A stretch of DNA of 64,000 nt from an uncultured bacterium (GCA_964436955.1 CAYTFC010000002.1:583-64582); one strand, 5' to 3'; shown: positions 1-9,897, numbered from the stretch's first letter. Numbers and translations are program-made. Notes: generated from the sequence alone by a model not told the origin.

Positions 1-393
1 ATTTTTGAAGCTTGTGGACGAAAATTATCGAGCGATAATTATATCCCCTGCAAAAGTGAGTTTAATGGTTTCACTGGCTATATTGATGGAGTACGTCCAG
101 CTGATTTACCTCAATCTCTTGGATGGTCCATAGATCAATGGAATCGCCCATTTTTAGCCTTCAAATATCTTTGTAACAACACATTTGAAGGAGCCGCCGC
201 TCTATTTCAGCGCTATGAAACAAATGAATACACGATGGCATTGGGAGGTCATCATCAGGCCTCTCAGCCGCTTTGTAATTTTTTACCATTCCAATTGGAG
301 TCAACCTTAGAAGCTGTGCGCACTATGTGTACAAGAGGTTACCATATTATCCCGTATTTTCGAGGTAATTGGAACGTCACCTTGTCTGATTGA
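1..393 (+). CDS. C-terminal fragment of an unidentified protein (5' end lies outside the window)
   Basis: Frame 1 is open from the window edge to TGA at 391-393 (...GYHIIPYFRGNWNVTLSD*). It is absent from the ORF track because it has no start. No family recognised. Confidence 0.4.
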   Translation: MFEACGRKLSSDNYIPCKSEFNGFTGYIDGVRPADLPQSLGWSIDQWNRPFLAFKYLCNNTFEGAAALFQRYETNEYTMALGGHHQASQPLCNFLPFQLESTLEAVRTMCTRGYHIIPYFRGNWNVTLSD

Positions 394-400
394 TTTAATG

Positions 401-430
401 CCCAACTTGTCCCTTTAATGGCAAGTTGGG
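401..430 (+). terminator. Stem-loop just after the truncated ORF
   Basis: cccaacttg (401-409) is the reverse complement of caagttggg (422-430), with a 12-nt loop. No clear U-tract follows. Confidence 0.3.
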
Positions 431-569
431 GTTGAATGAAACAGCTAGCGCGACACTACATGGTATAGATAACCTGTAAAGCGGCTTTACATCCATATAT
501 CCCTGTAAAAAATCCGCTTGGTTTGATAGAGTCATTTTTTTTGTTGCCCCTTTTGCATGAGGAGTACTT

Positions 570-2402
570 GTGTCAGAGGAACTAGATGATGCCTATCGCT
601 CTTTGTATGACGTAACGATTCCAGACTTGGATTACTATTTACGTCAGATTGATTGTCGCGATGGATGTCCTGTCAATACCGACGGTCGTGGCTACATGTT
701 GGCTATCCATGCTGGCAATCTTTTGGAAGGATACAAGATTGCGCGTGGACCCAATCCGTTTGCATCCGTCTGTGGGATGATTTGCGGAGCTCCTTGCGAA
801 ATCACATGTCGTCGCGATCGCGTTGACAAAACGCTTACTATTCGAGCACAGAAGCGTTACTTGGATGAGTGGTTTGGGCATGATCAAAACGCACTCAATC
901 GTTCCTTAGAATTTAGTTACGCACGCGGATCGATTAATTCTACACCTAATGGCTTAAAAGTGGCGTGTGTGGGAGCTGGCGTAGCTTCATTGACATGTGC
1001 TCATGATCTTCTTCGTTTGGGTTATGCAGTTGACGTTTTTGAATCAATGGCCCTGCCAGGCGGCATGTTAACGTACGGTGTTCCTAGCTACCGACTGAAG
1101 AATAGACTCGCTGTAGCAGAATGCCGAGCTATCGAGCATTTAGGCGCCAATGTCTATTACAATACTAAGATCGGTCGTGACATCACGATGAACCAGCTGG
1201 AAGAAAAGTATGATGCCATCTTCATTGGCATAGGCTTATGGAAATCTCGGGACTTGCCAATCCCAGGAGCTGAAGGTCCTGATGTCATTCGCGGGGTGGA
1301 GTATCTGCGGGTTTTGTGTGCGGACGATCGATGGCCTATCGGGAAGCGGATTGTTGTTGTGGGCGGAGGTAACGTTGCGTTTGACGTAGCACGTTCCTCT
1401 GTGCGTAATGGTGCGGACAGTGTGACAATGGTATGCTTAGAATCGCGTGATGAACAGACAGCCGATGAATTTGAGATCGAAGATGGCATGGAAGAAGGTA
1501 TTACGATTGTCAATCGAGTAGGGCCGATATCAGTAGAACGTGACACGGAAGGAAGAGTCAGCGGCCTGCGCGTTCAACCTATTTATAGCCTATTTGATAG
1601 TCAAGGCCGCTTTGCACCGAAATTTATTTCAGATTCACAGTATGTCATTCCATGCGATACTTTGGCCCTGGCTATTGGACAAGCCATGGATCCCGCATTT
1701 TTAGATGGCTGGGATAAGCGTAATCAACTGGCACTAGACAGAGGCCTTATTAAAACAGAGCGAGGCACAGGACGCACTAGCGTACCTAAAGTGTATTCTG
1801 GTGGTGATGTGGGATTTGGCCCTGCTCTTTTTATTACGGCCATTCGCCATGGGCAAGAAGCGGCTAGAAGCATTGATAGCGACTTGCGTGGCACGACCCC
1901 CTACCGCGAGTATACCGCTGAATTTACAGAGATTGTACCGATGCGTGACAAGTCCTACTTACGTACTCGTTGGGCCCTACCAACTAGCCAACCTGTGCAT
2001 AGCCGCACAACGAATTTAGAATATGTTGAGAACAACTATACCGATGCTGCAGTCCATCAGCAGGCTAACCGTTGTTTGCAATGTCATGTTAGCCCTGTTT
2101 TCGATGGCAGCCTGTGCATTAAGTGCAATGGATGCGTCGATGTTTGCCCGACCAACTGTCTAAAGCAAGTGCATGTAAGCCAGCTTAACCTCGATGTCGG
2201 TGATGGCAGTTTGCGTCGTGCCGTCGATAACTTTTTTGGTGTCGATACGATGGAAATGACTCAGGAAGAACTCCATTTAATGGGCTCCGCCATGTTAAAA
2301 GATGAAGACTTGTGCATCCGCTGTGGATTGTGTGCAGAAAAGTGTCCCACCCAGGCAGTGACAATGGATGCTATGAACTATTCCTTTAGATGGATAGGAT
2401 AG
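570..2402 (+). CDS. NAD(P)H-dependent FAD oxidoreductase, glutamate synthase small-subunit (GltD)-like, with a C-terminal 2x[4Fe-4S] ferredoxin domain
   Basis: N-terminal Cys cluster region (CPVNTDGRGY...CGMICGAPCEITC). Two dinucleotide-binding motifs (VACVGAGVASL; VVVGGGNVAFD). Two CxxCxxCxxxCP motifs (CIKCNGCVDVCP, CIRCGLCAEKCP). GTG start at 570 preceded by GAGGAG. Confidence 0.8.
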   Translation: MSEELDDAYRSLYDVTIPDLDYYLRQIDCRDGCPVNTDGRGYMLAIHAGNLLEGYKIARGPNPFASVCGMICGAPCEITCRRDRVDKTLTIRAQKRYLDEWFGHDQNALNRSLEFSYARGSINSTPNGLKVACVGAGVASLTCAHDLLRLGYAVDVFESMALPGGMLTYGVPSYRLKNRLAVAECRAIEHLGANVYYNTKIGRDITMNQLEEKYDAIFIGIGLWKSRDLPIPGAEGPDVIRGVEYLRVLCADDRWPIGKRIVVVGGGNVAFDVARSSVRNGADSVTMVCLESRDEQTADEFEIEDGMEEGITIVNRVGPISVERDTEGRVSGLRVQPIYSLFDSQGRFAPKFISDSQYVIPCDTLALAIGQAMDPAFLDGWDKRNQLALDRGLIKTERGTGRTSVPKVYSGGDVGFGPALFITAIRHGQEAARSIDSDLRGTTPYREYTAEFTEIVPMRDKSYLRTRWALPTSQPVHSRTTNLEYVENNYTDAAVHQQANRCLQCHVSPVFDGSLCIKCNGCVDVCPTNCLKQVHVSQLNLDVGDGSLRRAVDNFFGVDTMEMTQEELHLMGSAMLKDEDLCIRCGLCAEKCPTQAVTMDAMNYSFRWIG

Positions 2403-2403
2403 C

Positions 2404-2544
2404 ATGTTGATAGACCTGTTTTTGACCCTTGCAGCCGGTTGTGCAGCCTTACTCGTGTTTTTGTTTTATTGGCGCAAGGGACAGTTTGACGACGCCGAGG
2501 ACATCAAATACCAGATGTTTCGTGATGAAAATGAAGAACCTTAG
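2404..2544 (+). CDS. ccoS: CcoS/FixS-like cbb3 oxidase maturation peptide (46 aa, not in the ORF track)
   Basis: My translation is MLIDLFLTLAAGCAALLVFLFYWRKGQFDDAEDIKYQMFRDENEEP*. It has one TM helix followed by W-R-K-G-Q-F-D-D and an acidic tail, as I recall for CcoS/FixS. The ATG lies 1 nt after the upstream stop, with AGGA 4 nt upstream. Confidence 0.6.
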   Translation: MLIDLFLTLAAGCAALLVFLFYWRKGQFDDAEDIKYQMFRDENEEP

Positions 2545-2607
2545 CAAGAGACAGCATTTGTCAATAAAACCGTTTATGCATATATCATTCAGAAAAAAAC
2601 GGAACTT

Positions 2608-3120
2608 GTGATGCCTAAGCTACGCAACTCATTAAATGTGGATCCAGACGATAAGGATCCCCGTATCTCCCGTCGATCCTTCCTTGCCCTGCTAGGGGTG
2701 GGAGTAGGAATTGGCGCGCTAAACCTAATTGGAGCGTCAGTATTGGGCTTTTTATATCCTAATGCCATGAAGATTCCCCCATCGGTGTTTTCGTTAGGAC
2801 GACCCGATGACGTGCTTGCGACTCAAGGAAAGGTGTTCGTTCCCAAACAAAAGGTATTTATCGATTCTGAAAATGGAAAAGTAAGAGTGCAAACCGCTGT
2901 TTGCACACATTTAGGCTGCACCGTTCACATGGTAGAAACAGGATATCAGTGTCCTTGCCATGGATCCACTTATGACCAGCTTGGCCACAATACGGGTGGT
3001 CCGGCGCCGAGCCCATTAGTGTTTTATAAATGCTTTTTGGGTGCCTCAGGAGAAATTATGTGCGACAAATCTCAGACAACCTTGGATGACAAGGAAGCCT
3101 GGTTTTCGCCTAAAGTATAA
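2608..3120 (+). CDS. Rieske [2Fe-2S] subunit with a twin-arginine signal
   Basis: Tat motif SRRSFLALLG. Rieske boxes CTHLGC and CPCHGS. The start is GTG 2608 or ATG 2611. Confidence 0.9.
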   Translation: MMPKLRNSLNVDPDDKDPRISRRSFLALLGVGVGIGALNLIGASVLGFLYPNAMKIPPSVFSLGRPDDVLATQGKVFVPKQKVFIDSENGKVRVQTAVCTHLGCTVHMVETGYQCPCHGSTYDQLGHNTGGPAPSPLVFYKCFLGASGEIMCDKSQTTLDDKEAWFSPKV

Positions 3121-3132
3121 GAGCTTGTAACT

Positions 3133-4458
3133 ATGGCAGTTTTCCAGGGATCACCGCGTGAATCATGGCTGGAGTACCTCGCTAACCTCCCGCGCATGTT
3201 CATACGCTCGATCTTTCGACATAACTATCCTAATAATGATGTCGATCGCTCTGAAATCGTATTTAAGAACTTCTTTCTGCACTTCCATCCAGTCAAGTGT
3301 CACAAAAATAGTACCGATCCCTTTTACACATTAGGTCTTGGGGCTATCTCAACCAGCCTATTTTTGATACTGACTTGGACCGGTGTTGTTCTGATGTTCT
3401 TCTACATACCCACTGTGGACCGTGCTTATGACATCATGAAGGATTGGCAGGATACGACACCATTTGCGCAGATGTACCGCAACATGCATCGTTGGGCAGC
3501 GCATTTGATGGTGATGTTTGTGATGCTGCACATGTCGCGGGTCTTTTATACCGGCTCCTATAAAGGAGAACGCCGCTTTAATTGGGTGATCGGCGTCATT
3601 CTGATGGTACTGACGCTCCTGCTATCATTCACTGGATATCTTCTACCTTGGGACCAGTTAGCCTTTTGGGCTATTACGGTAGGATCCGAAATTGCAGGGT
3701 ATGCCCCCAATCTGCCTGGCTTTCAGTATAATGTGAACCGTGTCATGCTACTAGCCTCCACTAGCGTAGGTCAGGATGCTCTCATTCGCTTTTATGTGCT
3801 GCATGTGGTGGTACTGCCATTGGTGGCCGGCACCTTGATTGGTGTACACTTTTGGCGCATTCGCAAGGATGGAGGACTATCGCGCCCTCCCGACCGTGTC
3901 AGACCCGATCCATTAAGAGTCGTCCAACGATCCGATAGCAAAGAGGTATTTGCTCCGGGAGTGAAACGAACCTATGGTTTGATGGAGCTTGTACGAGGCA
4001 CCTGTCCCACCGTAGATAAGGGGCCATACAACTTTGTCTTTAGCTGGCCGAACCTTCTGCGTGCGGAGATGGTGGCCTTCTTACTTACTTTGGTGCTAAC
4101 GTTGGCGCTTTCTTTCATTGACGCGCCATTGGAGGAACCTGCTAACCCCGCCGCTCCTCCGAACCCTTCCAAAGCTCCCTGGTACTTTCTTGGGCTGCAG
4201 GAAATGGTAGCTTACAGCGCCTTCTGGGGCGGCGTTGGTATTCCTACGCTCATGGTGCTGGGTTTGATGGCAGTACCCTATCTCGACCGTAATCCTCATG
4301 GGACGGGCTATTGGTTCCATCGCAGCCGCTATTTGGCGATCTTTTTGTGGACACTCTTTATGACCAGTCAAGCTCTACTCATCGTCATTGGAACGTTTTT
4401 TAGAGGAGCTAACTGGGGATGGATTTGGCCGTGGACAGAAACTTTCTCGCGGCATTAA
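3133..4458 (+). CDS. Cytochrome b (b6 and subunit-IV-like parts in one 441-aa polypeptide)
   Basis: Polytopic membrane protein with cytochrome b signatures (RNMHRWAAHLMVMFVMLHMSRVF; LPWDQLAFWAITVG; FYVLHVVVLP). Lies directly after the Rieske gene. Confidence 0.9.
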   Translation: MAVFQGSPRESWLEYLANLPRMFIRSIFRHNYPNNDVDRSEIVFKNFFLHFHPVKCHKNSTDPFYTLGLGAISTSLFLILTWTGVVLMFFYIPTVDRAYDIMKDWQDTTPFAQMYRNMHRWAAHLMVMFVMLHMSRVFYTGSYKGERRFNWVIGVILMVLTLLLSFTGYLLPWDQLAFWAITVGSEIAGYAPNLPGFQYNVNRVMLLASTSVGQDALIRFYVLHVVVLPLVAGTLIGVHFWRIRKDGGLSRPPDRVRPDPLRVVQRSDSKEVFAPGVKRTYGLMELVRGTCPTVDKGPYNFVFSWPNLLRAEMVAFLLTLVLTLALSFIDAPLEEPANPAAPPNPSKAPWYFLGLQEMVAYSAFWGGVGIPTLMVLGLMAVPYLDRNPHGTGYWFHRSRYLAIFLWTLFMTSQALLIVIGTFFRGANWGWIWPWTETFSRH

Positions 4459-4481
4459 AGCGGTATTAAAAGGGAGAAATC

Positions 4482-7400
4482 GTGCGATCGGAACTCTATC
4501 AAATATCCTTGATCCTACTCCTAGTGGTATCCGCCGCACTCTTTGGCGTGTTCTTGGCGCGCGAACTCTTTCCGCAATACAGAGTTTTTCAGCAGGATTA
4601 TATTGCGTTAGAGGAATTTCGCTCATCATTAACGCATGAGCCAATGGCGCCTTTTGACATTGGAATTAGACAGATAGTTCTCACACAAAGTAATAACGGC
4701 CCTGAAATTGTTGATCGCTGCACAAGTTGCCACGTGGCGCTTCAACTTAGCCACTTTTCCCCCACTAAACCTGCGCAGGATGTCAATGGCGAAGCCTTGC
4801 TTGATGAACAGGGATATCCCGTTTCAGTTCCGAACGAATCCTATGTGTGGAAGCAGTTAGATGAACGTATAGCTGAACTCAAATCGCAGGATAAGCTATC
4901 TGAAGCCGAGCAGTTGGAGTCCCTGAAGAAGGCATACATCGGCGGGGCCGAGGTGGATATGACCAAAGCCTTGGCTATGCATCCCCTCATAGGTAAGGAA
5001 ACCCGCCCCTTTCAGTTTCATCCCATTGAAGAATATGGCTGCACCGTATGTCATAATGGCAACGGTAGAGCCCTTACCATTGAAAAGGCTCATGGGCCTG
5101 TATTTGATGGCCAATACCCGACTTCGTTTGAAGGGCCAGTACCGCAATTTTTAGAGATTGACGAACAGAACGATCCCTCCTTTTCAAGAGTGTTTAATCA
5201 TAAGCCAGGTCACGAACTTTTGTTCCAGACAACACCCATCTTCGTGGGAGAGCTAATCCAAGCTAACTGTGTACAATGTCATTTATCATCCACTTCTCAG
5301 CTTAATAGCGTGGTGACGACCGTATCTGAGCTTAAGGGACAGTCCGCACAGCAAACAAAGGACGTTCAAAAAGCCTATGAAGACGAAAAGAAGGCGTTGG
5401 CAACCCTGCTTATCCTTCGTTCCGATATTCTAAAAAATGGATTTGGGAATACGCTAAAAAGACTAATAGATAACGAGACGAACTATCACCTCACACAGTT
5501 AGAGCGCAATGCAGCGGCCGCGCAAGTGATCTATCTGACCCAGGCAGTTGCAAATCTATCCGAAAGTGACCCCACAGGACAACAGCAAGCCGCTGTAGCC
5601 AGAATTCAAAGGGATATCGTTATTTCGTTAGGCACAGAAGATCTTGCTTCGGCCTTAGAAAAAGAACTACAGGGCAAAGATAGCAACTCATCCGCGCTAT
5701 TCGATACATTTGTTAAAACACATAGTCAATCGAAAGGACAACTCTTTATCAAAGCAGCAGCAGTCGATAGACAGCAGATATCTCTAAAGCATATCGACAA
5801 AGCGGAAAGCTCTTTGAGCAATTCTCTCGGTCAAGAGCAAGTTAAGAAAGCGGCGGCCACGGATATTGATCGCATGATCAAATGCTACTTACAAGGTGAG
5901 CAGCTCTATATTTCTCAAGCATGCTACGCATGCCATCGAATCGCTGGTTTCGCTCGTGGAGGTGTTGGCCCAGAACTTACCAATGAAGGTTTCAAGTATC
6001 CGTGGTTCATTAAGCAGTCAGTCGTATGGCCTCAGGCAGATCTACCCAGCTCTACAATGCCAAACTATCGTTTGGATCACCAAGAACTGGAAGCTCTAAC
6101 CTGCTATATGTTGGCTCAAAAAGGCCGTCCCAACGCGGTTTCTCAGGTGGACTACAATACAACCATCAAACAATGGGAAGAAGGTAAGAAGAAGCCTTGG
6201 GAAGCTCCGGTTCCACCATCCAAGATACATGATTTACATTACGGAATGACAGTATTTGCAACTGAAGGATGCGCAGCTTGTCACCGCTTAAAGGGATTTC
6301 AATCCAATGTTGGCTTCGCGGTAGAGAAAGACAAGGTACCTACTTTTGATGAGATGTATCGTGAACGCAACTGGTTTACAAGTTTGTTCCCAGAAGACCT
6401 AATGGGAAGCCAAATAGTGAAAGTGATCGAAGAAAATGCAGCGGAACTGGACAAGCGTATTGTAGATCATGTGCGACATGATTCCATTATTGAAGAAATT
6501 CAAAGGGACCACCCACAAATAATCGAAGCTCTCTATTCAGGCTTTAGATACGCCTCACGCGCTAAGCCAGACAGCCAATGGAAGGAACGTGTTGAGCGAG
6601 TCTTAAAGACCTATATTCAGGAATATGGTCTAGGACGGCTTGTAGGACCCAGGCCCAATTGGTCGGGCATCTATCGCTCTGATGAATGGCTGATTGCGCA
6701 TTTTTACAATCCCGGCGCCCATGTGGCACGCTCCATTATGCCGGTGTTTCCGTTTGATGAGACCAAGTTCTATGCTCTTACTTATATGCTAGACATTCTG
6801 GCCCCATTAAACGCTGCTAATGTACGTGAAATTTGGGATAACCGCGGGTTTAACCCTGAACTAGCGTTTCATATATATTGTGCTCAATGTCATGGGGACT
6901 TCAGGCAAGGCGATGGACCGGTGGCCCAATGGCTATACCCTATCCCTAAGAACCTACGTAACGGCTCATTCCTAAACAACCTAACCAGAGAGCGAGTTGC
7001 GGAGTCTATTATACATGGCGTTAAGGGAACTCCAATGCCGCCTTGGGGAGAAATAGCCAGAGACAAGCCATTCCCCATAAAAATTCCAGTATTAACCGAA
7101 GAGGAAGCGCATCAACTCACCAATTGGCTGTTTCTGAGTCTCCCAGGTGGTGATGTAGATGAACCCGATAACATGAAGTGGAAGTATCAACCTGAAGACG
7201 TGATCAGGGAACTCCACGGTGAAGGCGATCAACTTCATAGCAATCTATCGTCGGTGTCTCACTTATTGGCATCTAACAAGCCAATAGCAATAACATCACC
7301 TTCTCAGCAGGAAGTCGATGACATTTTTGACGAACGTAATTATCCCATACCTGGAGTTAAGCGTAAGGCTTACTACATAAAAGAGAAGTACTACACACCG

Positions 7401-8438
7401 TTGAATATAGCCCAAGGCGAGAGTGTTTTCATCGAAAACTGTGCTATCTGTCATGGTAAAGAAGGAGCCGGTAATGGCTTAAGAGCCGGTAGTATGACGG
7501 AATCAAAGCCTCGTATGCTTACAAATCTGGATTGGATAGCAACTCGTGATGACCTGCGCTTGCTTCAATCCATCAAATTTGGCGTTCTTGGTACCTCCAT
7601 GACTCCCTGGGGCGATTTTACAAGCACGCTGCAAAGATTGCAATTGGTCATGTACATTCGCAGCCTGAGCCGAGAGCATGCACTGCGTGAACATCTTTCG
7701 GACATCATCTATCAATCCTTCGATCGCGCCTTGGAAACTGTGCGGCAGTCTCAAATAGAAGAGGACGTTAAGTTTCAAGAACTGGATAAAGCGTACAATA
7801 CAGCAAAGTCTTTTAAGATAGATCAGGAAGCCAATCTAGCGATAAACAAAACGGCCGTACCAGCACTTGTCGATGCCTATCAAAAAGAACTGTCGCTTGG
7901 GGAACAACTTAAGAAACAAGAAACTATTGATAATGCAATCTCTGACTTAATTGCTGAAATAAAGAAGCAACGCGATATTTTTACTTCACTGGGAAGTACA
8001 GCTCTAGCATCTTTAGGTGAAAGTGATGTTTCAGACGGGATTTTAGACTTAATAGGTCTAAATGCTGTCCATTATGAGTACCATGATGGAAAGCTCACCT
8101 TGGATAATTATTCCGCTGATCCAGCCGTCATTGTTAACACCGGTAAGCAAGTACTTGCTTTGCTGGAAAAAGACATCCCCTCACTAGAAAAAGAACTGAA
8201 AGGCATGGACGCACAAGCGGCTTCCACCGAAGCACGTGAGAGAATTGCTGAACTAAACCAACGTGTGAAGGGGCTTAATCAAATTAAGGTCCTAGTACTA
8301 ACAACACTAGAGGACTCCGCACGCTCAAAACAGAGACAGGAAAGCCTTGTGGAACGCATTCATGGTCTCAAAGAAGCCTTAAGGCAAAGCGAACCGGCTA
8401 CTCAAGAAAAAGCGAAACAAAGAAATACCAATGAATGA
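4482..8438 (+). CDS. Membrane-anchored heptahaem c-type cytochrome (1318 aa) with a CcoP-like di-haem module and a coiled-coil tail
   Basis: N-terminal TM helix. Seven CxxCH motifs: CTSCH, CTVCH, CVQCH, CYACH, CAACH, CAQCH, CAICH. The last two sit in class-I cytochrome c contexts (CAQCHGDFRQGDGP...MPPWG; CAICHGKEGAGNG...MTPWG). GTG start preceded by AAAGGGAG. Confidence 0.85.
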   Translation: MRSELYQISLILLLVVSAALFGVFLARELFPQYRVFQQDYIALEEFRSSLTHEPMAPFDIGIRQIVLTQSNNGPEIVDRCTSCHVALQLSHFSPTKPAQDVNGEALLDEQGYPVSVPNESYVWKQLDERIAELKSQDKLSEAEQLESLKKAYIGGAEVDMTKALAMHPLIGKETRPFQFHPIEEYGCTVCHNGNGRALTIEKAHGPVFDGQYPTSFEGPVPQFLEIDEQNDPSFSRVFNHKPGHELLFQTTPIFVGELIQANCVQCHLSSTSQLNSVVTTVSELKGQSAQQTKDVQKAYEDEKKALATLLILRSDILKNGFGNTLKRLIDNETNYHLTQLERNAAAAQVIYLTQAVANLSESDPTGQQQAAVARIQRDIVISLGTEDLASALEKELQGKDSNSSALFDTFVKTHSQSKGQLFIKAAAVDRQQISLKHIDKAESSLSNSLGQEQVKKAAATDIDRMIKCYLQGEQLYISQACYACHRIAGFARGGVGPELTNEGFKYPWFIKQSVVWPQADLPSSTMPNYRLDHQELEALTCYMLAQKGRPNAVSQVDYNTTIKQWEEGKKKPWEAPVPPSKIHDLHYGMTVFATEGCAACHRLKGFQSNVGFAVEKDKVPTFDEMYRERNWFTSLFPEDLMGSQIVKVIEENAAELDKRIVDHVRHDSIIEEIQRDHPQIIEALYSGFRYASRAKPDSQWKERVERVLKTYIQEYGLGRLVGPRPNWSGIYRSDEWLIAHFYNPGAHVARSIMPVFPFDETKFYALTYMLDILAPLNAANVREIWDNRGFNPELAFHIYCAQCHGDFRQGDGPVAQWLYPIPKNLRNGSFLNNLTRERVAESIIHGVKGTPMPPWGEIARDKPFPIKIPVLTEEEAHQLTNWLFLSLPGGDVDEPDNMKWKYQPEDVIRELHGEGDQLHSNLSSVSHLLASNKPIAITSPSQQEVDDIFDERNYPIPGVKRKAYYIKEKYYTPLNIAQGESVFIENCAICHGKEGAGNGLRAGSMTESKPRMLTNLDWIATRDDLRLLQSIKFGVLGTSMTPWGDFTSTLQRLQLVMYIRSLSREHALREHLSDIIYQSFDRALETVRQSQIEEDVKFQELDKAYNTAKSFKIDQEANLAINKTAVPALVDAYQKELSLGEQLKKQETIDNAISDLIAEIKKQRDIFTSLGSTALASLGESDVSDGILDLIGLNAVHYEYHDGKLTLDNYSADPAVIVNTGKQVLALLEKDIPSLEKELKGMDAQAASTEARERIAELNQRVKGLNQIKVLVLTTLEDSARSKQRQESLVERIHGLKEALRQSEPATQEKAKQRNTNE

Positions 8439-9897
8439 TACAGCTACAGTCCCCTCAACGCCACAATTTGAAGATCTACCCGTCAAGCTGTTTGTGTATC
8501 CCGCCATTGTTTTTATGGTCATAGGGATGTTTTTTGGCGTCTTTATTTCCTTTAATGGAATGGTGATGCCTGATTATTGGGCTGGTGAATACATTCACTT
8601 TGGGCGCATGCGTCCGGTACATGTTGGCCATGTTCTATTCTTATGGTTGTTGCCTGCTAATTTTGGATTGATTTTCTATATTACTCAAAGATTGTGCGGT
8701 GTGACGCTATGGAGTCGCTCGCTGGGAATATGGTCTGCAGCGCTTTACTGGCTTGCGCTTGTTCCAGGAACCTATTCATTTCCTTGGGGAACCAACTTTG
8801 GGTGGGAATATGCCGAGTTTCCCATGTGGTTGGGTTGGCTTCCGGTAAAATTCATGCTCTTATTTGCTTGGATACTGATCACCATTAACATTTACATGAC
8901 CATAGCCAACCGCAAGTATGATAAGCTCTATGTTTCCCTCTGGTATATCCTAGCCACGTTACTGTGGGGAGGGATTAGCTACTTCGCAGGAAACTGGGTA
9001 ATCAACATGGTACCCCAGGGGATCTCTCGAGTGAATATGAGTTTTTTCTATGTTCATAATTTGGTGGGGTTAATTTTTACACCCATGGGCTTAGCCATTG
9101 CTTATTATTTCTTACCCAAAATGGCAAAGACGCCTATCTATAGCCATAAACTATCCCTCATTGGTTTTTGGTCCATTGCATTTGTGTATGCATGGGTAGG
9201 ATCACACCATATTATTCACGGACCCATGTCACAGTGGATTCAAACAGTAGCGATCATTTTTTCCGTTTGGCTGTTTATTCCCGTATGGTCAGCGGTTACA
9301 AACCTATTCGGTACACTTAAAGGCAATTGGCATAAGTATAATGAGAATGCGGCCATCCGATTTATCATAATGGGAACGCTTTTTTACTTGATGGTGAGTA
9401 CGCAAGGAACATTCATGGCTGTGCGTAACGTCAATGAAATCACATCCAAGACAGATTGGATCATTGGACACGCTCATATGTCGCTCTATGGTACGTTCAC
9501 CTTTTTCGCAATAGCGGGCATTTATGGGGCCTTGCCGGCCCTTTCCGGAAACCCCCTCTATTCAAAGCGCATGGCTGATTGGCATTTTACGCTAAACATG
9601 CTAGGAGCTTCCCTCATGTTCATTGCACTGCACGTTGGTGGCTTTTTCCAAGGTCTTCAATGGGCTACATGGGCTGATGGCGATAGCTACCGTGTATTTC
9701 AAAATAACCTCAGTAAGCTCCAATTTTTGGACACTATTGCCAGCATGCATTACTTTTGGCTGACACGTACAATTTCCGGTCTGTTTATTTTTGCCGGAAA
9801 CTGCATCTTTGTCGTGAATGTCTTTAATACCATTTTACTCAAGCCACGGCCTCGTCCAGTCCAGGCCCAAACCGTAGTTGTAGGAACGCTAGCATAA
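8431..9897 (+). CDS. ccoN: cbb3-type (C-family) haem-copper oxidase subunit I
   Basis: A 488-aa polytopic protein with about 12 TM helices and conserved His patches (WVGSHHIIHGPM; IGHAHMSLYG). The next gene is FixO-like. Its start overlaps the upstream stop (ATGAATGA). Confidence 0.85.
   Translation: MNDTATVPSTPQFEDLPVKLFVYPAIVFMVIGMFFGVFISFNGMVMPDYWAGEYIHFGRMRPVHVGHVLFLWLLPANFGLIFYITQRLCGVTLWSRSLGIWSAALYWLALVPGTYSFPWGTNFGWEYAEFPMWLGWLPVKFMLLFAWILITINIYMTIANRKYDKLYVSLWYILATLLWGGISYFAGNWVINMVPQGISRVNMSFFYVHNLVGLIFTPMGLAIAYYFLPKMAKTPIYSHKLSLIGFWSIAFVYAWVGSHHIIHGPMSQWIQTVAIIFSVWLFIPVWSAVTNLFGTLKGNWHKYNENAAIRFIIMGTLFYLMVSTQGTFMAVRNVNEITSKTDWIIGHAHMSLYGTFTFFAIAGIYGALPALSGNPLYSKRMADWHFTLNMLGASLMFIALHVGGFFQGLQWATWADGDSYRVFQNNLSKLQFLDTIASMHYFWLTRTISGLFIFAGNCIFVVNVFNTILLKPRPRPVQAQTVVVGTLA

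Noticed and set aside
525-545. FNR/CRP-like site (tttgatagagtcat) upstream of the respiratory operon
   Set aside because: Only the first half-site matches TTGAT. The second half (TCATT) does not resemble ATCAA.
2429-2611. 60-aa plus-strand ORF between the GltD-like and Rieske genes
   Set aside because: It overlaps, in another frame, the 46-codon ORF whose product has a clear CcoS-like TM helix plus GQFDD tail. Its own product is basic and low-complexity, with no motif.
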